A DNA stretch of 64,000 nt from an uncultured Chitinophagales bacterium (GTDB lineage Bacteria; Bacteroidota; Ignavibacteria; UBA10030; UBA6906), in NCBI GenBank assembly GCA_964495695.1, contig CAZBWR010000004.1, forward strand, positions 39,006 to 103,005. The letters run 5' to 3'. Every line of letters begins with the position of its first letter. Within the stretch, counting starts at the first letter, position 1. The position numbers were made by a program, and so were the translations under genes. Positions 18,039 to 27,861 of this stretch are shown here, one piece after another. A model generated the notes under the pieces. The model saw only the letters and a program-made list of their open reading frames with translations, did no database searches and had not been told where the DNA came from.

Positions 18039-19235
18039 ATGAACAAGCCGCCGAAAATCCTATTGGTGGATGACGACGAAGTGCAGCTGCACGTCATCGG
18101 GCAGGCAATCCAGTCTGTGGCGGATTATACTGTTTTCACCGCTACCGATGCTATCGCCGGATTGCAGCTTGCGGAGAAGCACCTGCCGGATGTTATCCTT
18201 AGCGACTTCTATATGCCGGGGGAGGATGGGTTTACATTCTGCCGGAAAGTAAAGGCTCATCCCGCTTTGCGGGGATCCTTCTTCGTTCTCCTGACTTCTG
18301 CGGCAACAATGGAGCAACGCGTAAAGGGTCTTGACCTTGGCGCTGACGATTACATTACAAAGCCGTTTCATGTGGAAGAGCTGCTCTCACGTCTCCGTGC
18401 TGCCTTGCGCATTAAAATACTCAACGATGAACTCAAAGAGGACAAGGAAAAACTCGCAGCACTCTACAAAGAGCTGGAAGACGACTTCATGGGTGTCATA
18501 TCGCTGCTTACACACCTGATCGGGCATCGTGTACCCGACGCCTCTATGCGTGGAGAACGTGCGGCAGCGATGGGGCGCTGGATGGGTGAGCGAATGAACC
18601 TCGATGAAGACGAATTGAAAATGCTGGAGGTAGCTTGCAGGTTGCATGAGATCGGCAAAGTGAGCTTCCCTGATGAATTGGTAAAGAGGCCTTATGACAC
18701 TCTGACCGAGAGTGAGCGGGGTGCAGTGGCGCATTTCCCCGTAATGGGACAACTCATTCTGGCCGGGATTCCGCGTCTGGCACCGGTAGCGAAACATCTC
18801 CGGCATCAAATGGAAAACTATGATGGCAGCGGATATCCGGACCATCTCGCCAAGGATCAAATCCCGCTGCAATCAAGAATTCTTCGTGCCATCAATCTCG
18901 TGGAAATCGAAGGCATGAGGCGTAACTCGTCGGTTGACGCCATTATCAACACATTGAATCGGAGCAAGTCCAGTGTGGTCGATCCGCATATCGTTCAGCT
19001 TGCGGTCGAGTATCTTGAAGTGATCGAGAATCCTGCCTGGCGCGACGGCAAAAGGCAGGTATCTGTGCATGACCTGAAGGTTGGTATGGTGATTGCTCAT
19101 GACCTGACGACAGGAAACGGAACGAAGTTGCTTGCGGATAAATCGACAATCTCGGTGTCAATTCTCGAGCGGATTCTCGCGCATCACCAGTACGATCCCA
19201 TTCTCAACAACATCTATGTCTACGAGGGGATGTAG
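18039..19235 (+). CDS. Response regulator with degenerate HD-GYP domain and uncharacterised C-terminal extension
   Basis: 398 aa. REC domain (LLVDDDE...ILSDFYMPGEDG...KPF). HD-GYP-like region where the canonical HD is HE (RLHEIGK) and the HHE triad reads RHQ, but the GYP motif is kept (YDGSGYP). Confidence 0.75.
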   Translation: MNKPPKILLVDDDEVQLHVIGQAIQSVADYTVFTATDAIAGLQLAEKHLPDVILSDFYMPGEDGFTFCRKVKAHPALRGSFFVLLTSAATMEQRVKGLDLGADDYITKPFHVEELLSRLRAALRIKILNDELKEDKEKLAALYKELEDDFMGVISLLTHLIGHRVPDASMRGERAAAMGRWMGERMNLDEDELKMLEVACRLHEIGKVSFPDELVKRPYDTLTESERGAVAHFPVMGQLILAGIPRLAPVAKHLRHQMENYDGSGYPDHLAKDQIPLQSRILRAINLVEIEGMRRNSSVDAIINTLNRSKSSVVDPHIVQLAVEYLEVIENPAWRDGKRQVSVHDLKVGMVIAHDLTTGNGTKLLADKSTISVSILERILAHHQYDPILNNIYVYEGM

Positions 19236-19237
19236 CG

Positions 19238-19870
19238 TTAGGAGGGACGACCGTTCGAAACATAGGGGCTTTCCGCATCAAGAAATCTCCATCGGTGTTC
19301 CTTAGCTTGGGAAATCCCTACGCGCGTTGTCTTTTTGATAGACGGTCTTTCTCCGTTATGAGGAGTGGTTCCCACCCAGATGTCATCTTCACAGAGATCT
19401 GTTCCGTTTTCTTTTTTCGAAATGCCATAGGCCTCGCACAGCCGGGCGGGTCCGCTGCTCAGATTTAAGAGGGCATTCCTTTCTCCCTCCCGTATGCGTC
19501 GTCTACGCAACATAATCTCAATGCCCGCTACCGGCTCCACCGCCCGTAGCAAAACGGCTCGCCCAAGCCCCTCTCTTTCCGTGACAACATTGCAACAAAA
19601 GTGCATGCCGTAAGTGAAGTACACGTAAAGATGCCCTCCCATTTTGAACATTACCTCATTCCGGCGTGTCTTTCCCCGATATGCATGGCTGGCCGGATCA
19701 CGTTCACCGAGATATGCCTCCGTTTCCACTATGCGTCCGATGAGAACTTGACGGCGCATGAATCGGACGAAGTACTTTCCGATGAGTTCTCTTGCCACGG
19801 TCAAAGTCGGACGCATGTAGAATTCACGGGGAAGCCGGATGATTGATTTGGGGACTGCAGGTGTGCGCAT
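19238..19870 (-). CDS. mpg: DNA-3-methyladenine glycosylase (Mpg/AAG family)
   Basis: Conserved LPREFY...ARELIGKY...ETEAYLGERDPASHAYRGKTRRNEVMFKMGGHLYVYFTYGMHFCCNVV. The ORF track extends to 19975; a start at M36 (19870) is more plausible. Confidence 0.75.
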   Translation of the reverse strand: MRTPAVPKSIIRLPREFYMRPTLTVARELIGKYFVRFMRRQVLIGRIVETEAYLGERDPASHAYRGKTRRNEVMFKMGGHLYVYFTYGMHFCCNVVTEREGLGRAVLLRAVEPVAGIEIMLRRRRIREGERNALLNLSSGPARLCEAYGISKKENGTDLCEDDIWVGTTPHNGERPSIKKTTRVGISQAKEHRWRFLDAESPYVSNGRPS

Positions 19871-19971
19871 GCCTGTACTCATTACATGAAAATCGGGATA
19901 GGGAATTATCGGATGATTGTTCGTCGGAAATACCAAAACGGGGGAGCGCAAGCAGCTCCCCCATAGTTTTG

Positions 19972-20817
19972 TCAAAACAGATTGTATGTGAGGCCCAGTG
20001 CAATCGCTTGCTTGATTTGTGTACGCGGGAACGGATCGATGTTCAACAGCTGCAGGCTAAACATCGCGTTGATATACTTGTTGACTGCCATCGTGATTTT
20101 CGTATCAGTCCTGATGTCGAGCCGGTCGAAATTATTGAATGGAGCGAAGATCTCGATTTTCGATGTCAGCAGGATGTTCTCGGCCACTTTCCAGTCGACA
20201 TCGGTCACAGACTCCATGCCTCCATCAATCCTGGATTTTTCGATGCTTGCCGTTGCAGGATCATCCGTGTAGAGTGCGGCATACTCGTTTGCGAAAATCT
20301 CCCGGAGGCCGAAGCCGAGCCGTGTCTTCACTTCCGGGACGGGTTGCCAACCGGCGCCTACGCTTTGTGTAACGTAAGCGGGATCAAAGAACTTCGAAAC
20401 ACCTGTTTCGACCCCGGACGGATACTTGTAGCCGCGGGCAAATTGCGATTTGAACGTAACTGCCGCGTACGGATTCACATATTGGTTGAGCTTATAGGTC
20501 AGAATAGACTCGAAGTCAATTTTGTCTTCCGTCTTTCGCAGACCTGCATCGCCAAGGCGCGTCTGGCCGAAGGCGAACTTGTAGGTGTTGGTCCATGTCG
20601 TCACTTCCTGGTCGTTGACGGATTTGCCGTCGAGGCCAATGACCCAACTGAGAGCGTTATCGCCCCCCTGGGACCAATCGGTGAATGAGATCTGTGAAAG
20701 CGTCAATCCGGCAACCATGGTGTGCTTCCAGCCGTACTCCGGAGCCTTCGTTGTATCGCTCTGGGTATACGCCGCCGTTGTTGCCATCAGCAGTGCAGCA
20801 ATTGTAACAGTTTTCAT
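19972..20817 (-). CDS. Outer membrane beta-barrel protein (DUF3078-like)
   Basis: 281 aa. Signal peptide MKTVTIAALLMATTAAYTQ; alternating amphipathic beta-rich sequence; C-terminal ...LGLTYNLF. The opposite-strand 281-aa ORF was rejected as a shadow. Confidence 0.55.
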   Translation of the reverse strand: MKTVTIAALLMATTAAYTQSDTTKAPEYGWKHTMVAGLTLSQISFTDWSQGGDNALSWVIGLDGKSVNDQEVTTWTNTYKFAFGQTRLGDAGLRKTEDKIDFESILTYKLNQYVNPYAAVTFKSQFARGYKYPSGVETGVSKFFDPAYVTQSVGAGWQPVPEVKTRLGFGLREIFANEYAALYTDDPATASIEKSRIDGGMESVTDVDWKVAENILLTSKIEIFAPFNNFDRLDIRTDTKITMAVNKYINAMFSLQLLNIDPFPRTQIKQAIALGLTYNLF

Positions 20818-20938
20818 AGACGTAGTAATGCTCCTCCTCTGGTTAGATACGCAAGCGACCGGAAGGCCCGATGGACGCTTCCGGTCGCTTATTGTAGTAG
20901 CAGGCCCGGTTCGCGCCGGACCGGATGAATGATCGTGA

Positions 20939-21313
20939 CTATGGATTCGGCAGCTTGAGCTTCTGGCCGACCTTTATGAGATCGGGATTGCTCAGCACGT
21001 CCTTGTTGAAGTTGAAGATCTCCATATAACGGTTCGCGTTGCCGAACAAGCTCTTCGAGATTTTGGATAGCGTATCGCCCGGTTGCACGGTGTACACGCC
21101 GAAGATATCAGTCTTCTCGACCCGGATATCCGCTGCGATTTCGTTCTCCCATCCCGAGACCGTCTTGATCTTGTCCCAGACGAGGTCTTTTTCCAACTGG
21201 TACGGTGCAGTACCCTTGATCTTGAACTTTCCACCTTCTTCGGCTGCGGAGTCGATGCGTACGCCGAGGTTCTTTGCAGCGTCAACCACTGCCTGGTATT
21301 TTTGTGTCAACAT
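20939..21313 (-). CDS. BON/LysM domain protein (Kbp/YgaU-like)
   Basis: 124 aa. C-terminal LysM (YTVQPGDTLSKISKSLFGNANRYMEIFNFNKDVLSNPDLIKVGQKLKLP). Confidence 0.6.
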   Translation of the reverse strand: MLTQKYQAVVDAAKNLGVRIDSAAEEGGKFKIKGTAPYQLEKDLVWDKIKTVSGWENEIAADIRVEKTDIFGVYTVQPGDTLSKISKSLFGNANRYMEIFNFNKDVLSNPDLIKVGQKLKLPNP

Positions 21314-21375
21314 AGTGATTTCCTTTCATGCACAGTTCAACAATTGCGGTCGGGAGGCCCGCCGCATGGTCTACA

Positions 21376-21756
21376 TTACCGTGAGCGCAATGCATCACGG
21401 ATTTCGGTGAGAAGGACTTCCTCCTTTGAGGGTGCCGGAGGTGCGGCAGGTTTCTCTTCCTCTTTCTTCTTCATTGAGTTGGCAGCTTTCACCACCATGA
21501 AAAGCACGAACGCAATGATGATGAAGAGAACGACTGCCTGGATAAACTTGCCGTAGGCGATAGTTGCATCGCCCAGCTGAACTCCCAAGGCTGTGAAGTC
21601 AACACCGCCCGTCAGAATACCGACGAGGGGCATAACAATGTCGCCTACGAGTGAGGAGACGATAGCCCCGAACGCACCGCCAATGACGACTGCAACTGCC
21701 AGATCAAGCACATTGCCTTTCATGGCGAATTGCTTGAATTCCTTCATCATGGACAT
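21376..21756 (-). CDS. mscL: Large-conductance mechanosensitive channel MscL
   Basis: 126 aa. [43 protein letters not shown] is a canonical MscL N-terminus. Confidence 0.85.
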   Translation of the reverse strand: MSMMKEFKQFAMKGNVLDLAVAVVIGGAFGAIVSSLVGDIVMPLVGILTGGVDFTALGVQLGDATIAYGKFIQAVVLFIIIAFVLFMVVKAANSMKKKEEEKPAAPPAPSKEEVLLTEIRDALRSR

Positions 21757-21898
21757 ATGGTTTCCTTTCGATTAATAGGGGATAGTGAATTAGTGCGCGG
21801 CATCATGTAAAAGAGCATTACGCTCGGCCGGCGTTGTGATAGGTTAGTAGGTCACGGCCCTGGGAAAGCGTGACAAAAACTGGAAGAGAGACTTCTGT

Positions 21899-21938
21899 AA
21901 AAAACATCCTGCGCCCCCACGCGAGGCGGGGGCACAGG
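21899..21938 (-). terminator. Rho-independent terminator downstream of the OmpA/TSP3 gene
   Basis: GC-rich inverted repeat CCTGCGCCCCC...GGGGGCACAGG with one mismatch. On the - strand it is followed by a T-run (plus-strand AAAAAA at 21899-21904). Confidence 0.5.
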
Positions 21939-21952
21939 GATGGTGTCAATCT

Positions 21953-23443
21953 TTACTTCGTCCGGAAGAACTCAATACGACGGTTCTTCTGGCGGCCTTC
22001 AGGAGTGCTGTTGTCACCAACAGGATTCTCCTGTCCGTACCCCTTTGCAGTGATACGGGTGGCGGCAATGCCTTTCTTTACCAACCACGCTTTCACGGCA
22101 TCCGCGCGGCGTTGCGAGAGGCGTTGATTCGACCGGGGGTTGCCGACATTGTCAGTGTACCCGCGAATCTCGACCGTGATGTCTTGGTTCTGCTCGAGGG
22201 TGTTGAAGGCCTCCTCAAGGTTTTCTTCAGACTGAGGCTCGATGTTCGCGCTGCCAGTCTTGAAGACGATTCCTTCGAGGACGATTGCCTTACCTACCTC
22301 GACCTTTATTTCCTTCTTCTTCGGAACATCGTCAGTCGGGTCAAGCGGGTTGGAGCCGCGTGCAACTTCGGCGCCGTCATTCACGGTACCGCCGTCGGTG
22401 TCGGCCTTCAGGGGATCAGTCTTGTGCTTCATGACTTCGTCGCCGTCAGTGAGACCATCGCCGTCTGTATCGCGTTTCAGAGGATCGGTCTTGTGCTTCA
22501 TGACTTCGTCACCGTCACTGAGGCCGTCGCCATCTGTGTCGGCCTTCAGAGGATCTGTCTTGTACTTCATGACTTCGTCACCATCACTCAATCCGTCGCC
22601 GTCTGAGTCGGCCTTGTTGGGGTCGGTTTTGTACTTCAATACTTCATCACCGTCGCTCAATCCATCACCGTCGCTGTCGGCCTTCAGGGGATTGGTCTTG
22701 TAGGTGAGGACTTCGGCGCCGTCTGTGAGTCCGTCACCGTCGGAGTCGGCAACCTTTTTGTTCGTGCCGAGTTCCTTCTCTTCCCGGTTCGTCAATCCGT
22801 CTCCATCCGGATCGGCGCTACCGCTCTCAGTAACGACCGTCAACCCGGCAAGGAAATTCCAATATGCATCTTTCTTTGGGGCAGCTGTCACGCGGTTTAT
22901 TTTATCGTCAAAGGCGTAGTTGAATCCGCCGCTCATCTCAAATGCCGTATTGTCATCCAAGCGGATCTGAAGTCCGACACCCGCGGGTACGTATCCCGAC
23001 CATCCGCTGTTCTTCACCGCGGGGTCGGCATTTCCGGGAATTTCCTCCATGTCATAGTGAAGGGCTCCAATGCCGCCATAGATATACGGATTCCACGCAG
23101 AGAAGGAGAAGGGGCTGAGCAAGATGCGAAAATCAACGGGGATGAGCTGAGTCAGCGCAGTTGACCCGTCTCCATTTCCTTCGGTCTGTCCCGGGCGGTT
23201 GTCGCCGGCCAATCGTCCGAGGCCGGCTCCGACTTCAGCCTGCACACCGTTTACAATGCCGTAGCGCAGAAATGCACGTGCCATAAACCGGCTTTGCTTA
23301 TCAACAAGATCATCGGTTTGTCCAACAATTCCACCAAAACCGATACCGCCTCCCAATCCAATATCTCTGAACTGGGCCGATGCAGGAATGGCAGCAAATG
23401 CACACAGCAGTAACAGCGTGCACAAAGTGTGGCATCGTTTCAT
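21953..23443 (-). CDS. OmpA-family outer membrane protein with about 7 thrombospondin type-3 (TSP3) calcium-binding repeats
   Basis: 496 aa. Signal peptide, then an N-terminal beta-barrel-like region, then tandem DxDGDGLSDGDEV-KYKTDPLKA units, then a C-terminal OmpA_C domain (YTDNVGNPRSNQRLSQRRADAV). Confidence 0.8.
   Translation of the reverse strand: MKRCHTLCTLLLLCAFAAIPASAQFRDIGLGGGIGFGGIVGQTDDLVDKQSRFMARAFLRYGIVNGVQAEVGAGLGRLAGDNRPGQTEGNGDGSTALTQLIPVDFRILLSPFSFSAWNPYIYGGIGALHYDMEEIPGNADPAVKNSGWSGYVPAGVGLQIRLDDNTAFEMSGGFNYAFDDKINRVTAAPKKDAYWNFLAGLTVVTESGSADPDGDGLTNREEKELGTNKKVADSDGDGLTDGAEVLTYKTNPLKADSDGDGLSDGDEVLKYKTDPNKADSDGDGLSDGDEVMKYKTDPLKADTDGDGLSDGDEVMKHKTDPLKRDTDGDGLTDGDEVMKHKTDPLKADTDGGTVNDGAEVARGSNPLDPTDDVPKKKEIKVEVGKAIVLEGIVFKTGSANIEPQSEENLEEAFNTLEQNQDITVEIRGYTDNVGNPRSNQRLSQRRADAVKAWLVKKGIAATRITAKGYGQENPVGDNSTPEGRQKNRRIEFFRTK
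22318..22813 (-). repeat. Tandem 69-bp coding repeats (TSP3 units) inside the OmpA-family gene
   Basis: Near-identical approximately 69-nt units are visible in the DNA. Example: gtcagtgagaccatcgccgtctgtatcgcgtttcagaggatcggtcttgtgcttcatgacttcgtcgcc and close variants. Confidence 0.7.
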
Positions 23444-23774
23444 TGCAGGTTCCTTTCAAAGGTGAATGAATAATGATAGGTGTTGAGTGTTTGAGATACA
23501 CCAATCCACGAAGGCAAAGACCTTGCGATTTAGTGCGTACGAATCAATCTCATTGGATTTGAACAGAGCGTCACGGCTGACGGTTCACTGACATCCCTGG
23601 GAATTTCAACTCTGTGTGTCAGCATGTTAGTTTAAGATAGGCGTCCAAAAGGTAGGTATTCGCGACCAATATTCCAAATTATTTTTGATTAACTGCAACA
23701 GGAAGCAGGAAATTTGTGTCGCTACGGCAGAAAACAATAGCAAAATGGCAGGTAAATGTGAAAAAAGTCTAGGC

Positions 23775-25373
23775 TTACTTCAGATCCTTCGAGAATGAAG
23801 AAACAATTCGGTCAATCTCCTCGGCGGAAATTCCTGATCCGTAGGAAGACAACGGACTAGCTTCGGGCGCTGGTTGTGCCTCGGATTTTTTCCATACGGG
23901 CGTGTTACCGGCCTTCATGATAATGCGCTTTTCAATCTCATCCATCCAGGATGAAGACATTGGTGCTTGCGATACGTGTCCGGTTTGTCCAACGGAGAGT
24001 TCCCCTTCATCGGGATTAATAGGATTCGTTTCGAATGCAAGACGCTTGTAATTGATCAAGTGTCGCGCAGTTACATTGTCGGAAATTATTGATCCCCCCC
24101 AGGTTCCCGGCCCGAGTGTCATTGAAGGCTCAAGACCGTTTGTATACCCGACTGCGCCCAAGGCTGCCTGTGTGTTCACGAGAATGCGAAATGCCGGCTT
24201 TTCAAGTGCAAACTTCATGATAATATCATGGTCTTTGGAATGGATTACCATGCTGTGGCCGATGCCCCCGAACTCGAGCAACTCAATGCAGCGGTGGCAC
24301 GCATCGCGCCAGCCATCTTCCGTATACATGGAAAGCACAGGAGAGAGCTTTTCACGCGAGAGGGGGTATTCTCTTCCTACTCCCTGCAATTCAGCAACAA
24401 GGACTGAGGTATTTGATGGAGCGGAGATTCCCGCTTTCTGGGCGATGAACGCGGGAGATTTTCCGACGATATCGGGATTTATCGCTCCGCGCTCGCTGAA
24501 CATCAGGCGTGCGAGCCTCTCCTTTTCCTCGCCTGCAACGAAGTATGCTCCTCGTTTCTTGAATTCTTCCACCGCGAGTGTCTTGATCGGGGCGTCGCAA
24601 ATCACCGATGCCTCCGTCGAGCAAAGTGTCCCGTAGTCAAATTGTTTCCCTGACACGATGTCTGCAACCGCCTTCTTCACATTTGCCGTGCGCTCGATAA
24701 AGGCAGGGACATTGCCAGATCCCACACCGTATGCAGGTTTTCCTGAGCTGTATGCGGCGCGGACCATCTGGTTGCTTCCCGTTGCAAGAATTACCGCAGT
24801 TAGCTTGTGACGCATAAGTTCGTTCGTCCCTTCGATTGTGGGAGCTGCGAGACAGGTGAGCAAGTGTTTCGGGGCGCCTGCCTTCTCTGCTGCGTCACGT
24901 ACAATGTTCATTGCCTCTACCGTACAGGTGACTGCGCGAGGGTGCGGACTGGCGACACAGGCGTTGCGCGCCTTCACCGAAATAATTGCCTTGAACATGA
25001 CGGTTGACGTGGGGTTAGTGGAGGGGATCAGTGCGGCTACCACGCCCATCGGCTCGGCGATCTTGTAGACTCTCCGCTGTTCGTCCGATTCGACTATGCC
25101 GACTGTCTTCAAATCTCGAATCGATTCCCACACACGCTTCGTTGCAAATTCGTTCTTCTTCTGCTTGTCTTCCGGCTTGCCGAATCCCGTCTCATCCGAG
25201 GCCATTCGGCCCAAGCGGGCGGCTTCTGCAAATCCCGCATCAACCATTGCTTTGACGACCTTGTCAACCTGCTCCTGTGAGTAGTGCTTGAACTCGAGTT
25301 GCGCCGCCTTTGCCTTGGTTAACGCGTCACGGACTTCCTGAATCGAAGCAAGATCCTTGTCGATTGCCATCAT
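23775..25373 (-). CDS. CoA-acylating aldehyde dehydrogenase (AdhE N-domain / EutE / PduP family) with about 70-aa C-terminal tail
   Basis: 532 aa. AdhE-N-like start ([35 protein letters not shown]). Putative catalytic Cys context [12 protein letters not shown]. The C-terminal Ser/Pro-rich extension is not typical of the family. Confidence 0.7.
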   Translation of the reverse strand: MMAIDKDLASIQEVRDALTKAKAAQLEFKHYSQEQVDKVVKAMVDAGFAEAARLGRMASDETGFGKPEDKQKKNEFATKRVWESIRDLKTVGIVESDEQRRVYKIAEPMGVVAALIPSTNPTSTVMFKAIISVKARNACVASPHPRAVTCTVEAMNIVRDAAEKAGAPKHLLTCLAAPTIEGTNELMRHKLTAVILATGSNQMVRAAYSSGKPAYGVGSGNVPAFIERTANVKKAVADIVSGKQFDYGTLCSTEASVICDAPIKTLAVEEFKKRGAYFVAGEEKERLARLMFSERGAINPDIVGKSPAFIAQKAGISAPSNTSVLVAELQGVGREYPLSREKLSPVLSMYTEDGWRDACHRCIELLEFGGIGHSMVIHSKDHDIIMKFALEKPAFRILVNTQAALGAVGYTNGLEPSMTLGPGTWGGSIISDNVTARHLINYKRLAFETNPINPDEGELSVGQTGHVSQAPMSSSWMDEIEKRIIMKAGNTPVWKKSEAQPAPEASPLSSYGSGISAEEIDRIVSSFSKDLK

Positions 25374-25386
25374 TATACTCCTAAGT

Positions 25387-26139
25387 TTAGAATATCAAGC
25401 ACAGACTGAAGAACGGTAATCGGGCCGCCGCAAACCCGCCGCTTCCTATTGCAAAGGGCCAGCCAATATCAAACACCGCTTTGTTGCCGAAGTGTCGGAA
25501 TCCGGCGATCAAGGCGCTCCCACTTATGGTCTTTCTGGAAGCAACTGAAAACGCTTCGAGCATGAACTTGAGTCCGCCCCCGTTGTCGTATTGTCGTATC
25601 AATCCATCAACTCCGATCTGGAAAAACGCCGGGAAATCCGACTCGCTGCTGTATGACGAAAGCGGTTTGAGATATGCAATCGAGCCATGAACACCAAACC
25701 TCTCACTCCCGAGAGAAGCGGCAACATTGACTGATAAGAGTTTGGAATCGCCGTTCGAGGAAACAACAAAAAGCTCGTTGAAGAAACCGACATCAGCACC
25801 AAGAGAGAGCCCACGGAACGCTCCGGACGGACTCAATATCCTGACCTTCGATCCAACTGACCAGTAACGCGATGCTCCGCTGCCAAAAAATGTAAGATAC
25901 GAAAGATTGAAGTGCAGAAACTCCGTCGGTGCATAACCCGCTTGCAACAAAAATATCTCGAAGCTGCCAAGCGACACTTTGCCTGCAGGCATTGTTTGCC
26001 CGGTGGACATCACAAACAAGCGGTTCTTCGCCGGATCTTCGACAACGAGAGGAGTCCCTTGCTGGTTCGTGGAGAGGGCGGAAGCGTGAGCCACCGGGGA
26101 GATCATACATAGGGCGCCTATCAGAAGGTACAGTCTCAC
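25387..26139 (-). CDS. Hypothetical secreted / outer-membrane beta-barrel protein
   Basis: 250 aa. Signal peptide [19 protein letters not shown]; beta-rich; ends ...FSLCLIF with an aromatic C-terminus. Start overlaps the ruvB stop. Confidence 0.4.
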   Translation of the reverse strand: MRLYLLIGALCMISPVAHASALSTNQQGTPLVVEDPAKNRLFVMSTGQTMPAGKVSLGSFEIFLLQAGYAPTEFLHFNLSYLTFFGSGASRYWSVGSKVRILSPSGAFRGLSLGADVGFFNELFVVSSNGDSKLLSVNVAASLGSERFGVHGSIAYLKPLSSYSSESDFPAFFQIGVDGLIRQYDNGGGLKFMLEAFSVASRKTISGSALIAGFRHFGNKAVFDIGWPFAIGSGGFAAARLPFFSLCLIF

Positions 26140-27197
26140 TGAAAGAGTGAAGGTTGTCCGTTCTTTGATGGAGGCTTCAGGTTGAAGTGTCTATACGCCA
26201 GTTCAGTAGCTTCCCGTCCGCGCGGTGTACGCTTGATAAATCCTTCCTGGATGAGGTACGGCTCATAGACTTCCTCGATAGTCCCAGCCTCTTCGCTGAC
26301 GGCAACAGCAATCGTGTTTACGCCGGCCGGACCTCCGTTGTATTTTTCGATCAGACATAGAATGATCCGCTTGTCCATTTCATCAAGCCCGTGCTCATCC
26401 ACCTCAAGCGCTCTGAGAGAATAGTCTGCTGCTTCTTTCGTGATTGTTCCGGCAGTATGTGCAAGTCTTGGCTCGGCCTGGGCAAAGTCTCTGCAGCGGC
26501 GAAGCAGCCTATTGGCGATACGGGGCGTTCCACGGGAGCGGCGGGCTATTTCCTCTGCGCCGGCTTGATCGATTGTTACATCAAGAATTCTTGCGGAACG
26601 GAGAATAATCTGATAAAGAGTCCCTGTATCGTAATAGTCAAGACGGTTCGTGATACCGAATCGGGCCCGTAACGGGGCCGTCAGCAGGCCTGCGCGGGTT
26701 GTGGCTCCGATGAGCGTGAATTTGGGAAGTGAGAGCTGAATGCTGCGGGCACTCGGTCCCGAATCGATCATAATATCGAGGCGGAAGTCCTCCATTGCGG
26801 AGTAAAGGTATTCCTCTACGACAGCGTTGAGCCTGTGGATTTCGTCGATGAATAGTACATCGCCTTCCTGTAGATTCGTCAACAAGCCTGCGAGGTCACC
26901 GGGCTTGTCGAGCACCGGTCCCGAGGTCATCTTCAGGTTGCTTGCCATTTGATTGGCGATGATATGAGCGAGAGTGGTCTTGCCGAGGCCGGGCGGCCCG
27001 GTGAGAAGCACGTGGTCAAGTGCCTCGTTTCGTTGACGGGCGGCGTTGATGAAAACCTTCAGGTTATCCGTGATCTTCTTTTGTCCGAAAAATTCCTCGA
27101 ACGAGAGCGGGCGAAGCGCCTGATCAAATTCCGCGTCTGTGCCGATGCGCTCGCTGGCGACGGGTGTCCGGCGGGTGGATGTTGTTTCGTTTTTCAT
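26136..27197 (-). CDS. ruvB: Holliday junction branch migration helicase RuvB
   Basis: 353 aa. AAA+ Walker A ([18 protein letters not shown]), Walker B ([10 protein letters not shown]) and a winged-helix C-terminus. Confidence 0.9.
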   Translation of the reverse strand: MKNETTSTRRTPVASERIGTDAEFDQALRPLSFEEFFGQKKITDNLKVFINAARQRNEALDHVLLTGPPGLGKTTLAHIIANQMASNLKMTSGPVLDKPGDLAGLLTNLQEGDVLFIDEIHRLNAVVEEYLYSAMEDFRLDIMIDSGPSARSIQLSLPKFTLIGATTRAGLLTAPLRARFGITNRLDYYDTGTLYQIILRSARILDVTIDQAGAEEIARRSRGTPRIANRLLRRCRDFAQAEPRLAHTAGTITKEAADYSLRALEVDEHGLDEMDKRIILCLIEKYNGGPAGVNTIAVAVSEEAGTIEEVYEPYLIQEGFIKRTPRGREATELAYRHFNLKPPSKNGQPSLFQ

Positions 27198-27252
27198 TGG
27201 GTGAAAGGTACGCTACGACAGGGTGAAATTCAACTGACGGTGAAGCTCTGCG

Positions 27253-27861
27253 TCATTTTCCGGTCGCCCGCTTCAGAGCCTCTTTAATCAATCCCTCGAG
27301 TGAATGCGTATCCGAAGGAGATTCAAGAATTGCATCCCGTACCGCCTTTTCGGCGACAGCGCGGTTGAAACCGAGCGAGGTCAGCGCGAGTAGTGCCTCC
27401 GAACGGATGTTAGTTTCGGCCTGAGAGGAGGAAGGGGGAAGGGAAGAGCCCATTTCGATCTTTCCAATTCGCTCCCGTAATTCCACCACAAGGCGCTCGG
27501 CTATTTTCTTGCCGACACCCGGGATTTTTGTGAGAGCGAAGTGGTTGCCGCTGATGATGACATTGCGCAGTTCCTGTGCGGCTACACCCGAGAGGATCGT
27601 CTGTGCCATCTTCGGCCCGATGCCTGAAACTGAAATCAACATGCGGAAGAGGTTCCGTTCATCCTCCGTGGCGAAGCCGTACAGCTGCAGGGCATCCTCA
27701 CGGACGTGAAGATATGTGTGGAGCGTAACGGAGGTGTGAAGATCGCCGACCTTCTCGAACGTGGTAACGGGAATGCTCACAGCGTACCCGACTCCGTTCA
27801 CATCAACCAGGAGTTCAGTCGGAGTTTTTGCCAGTAGAGTACCTCGGAGGAGGGCTATCAT
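27253..27861 (-). CDS. ruvA: Holliday junction DNA-binding protein RuvA
   Basis: Conserved MIALLRGTLLAK...VDVNGVGYAV...SGIGPKMAQTIL. The ORF track extends to 27948; the start was reassigned to the conserved MIA motif. Confidence 0.8.
   Translation of the reverse strand: MIALLRGTLLAKTPTELLVDVNGVGYAVSIPVTTFEKVGDLHTSVTLHTYLHVREDALQLYGFATEDERNLFRMLISVSGIGPKMAQTILSGVAAQELRNVIISGNHFALTKIPGVGKKIAERLVVELRERIGKIEMGSSLPPSSSQAETNIRSEALLALTSLGFNRAVAEKAVRDAILESPSDTHSLEGLIKEALKRATGK

Noticed and set aside
19843-20688. 281-aa + strand ORF overlapping the DUF3078-like gene
   Set aside because: The - strand frame has a signal peptide and beta-barrel-like sequence ending in an aromatic residue. The + frame is Cys/Arg-rich and looks like a non-coding shadow.
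23444-23774. 330-nt intergenic region inspected for CRISPR repeats, tRNA or structured ncRNA
   Set aside because: No direct repeats, no tRNA T-loop/acceptor pattern and no convincing conserved RNA motif seen. It most likely holds promoter/5'UTR of the OmpA-TSP3 gene and the 3' end of the ALDH gene.
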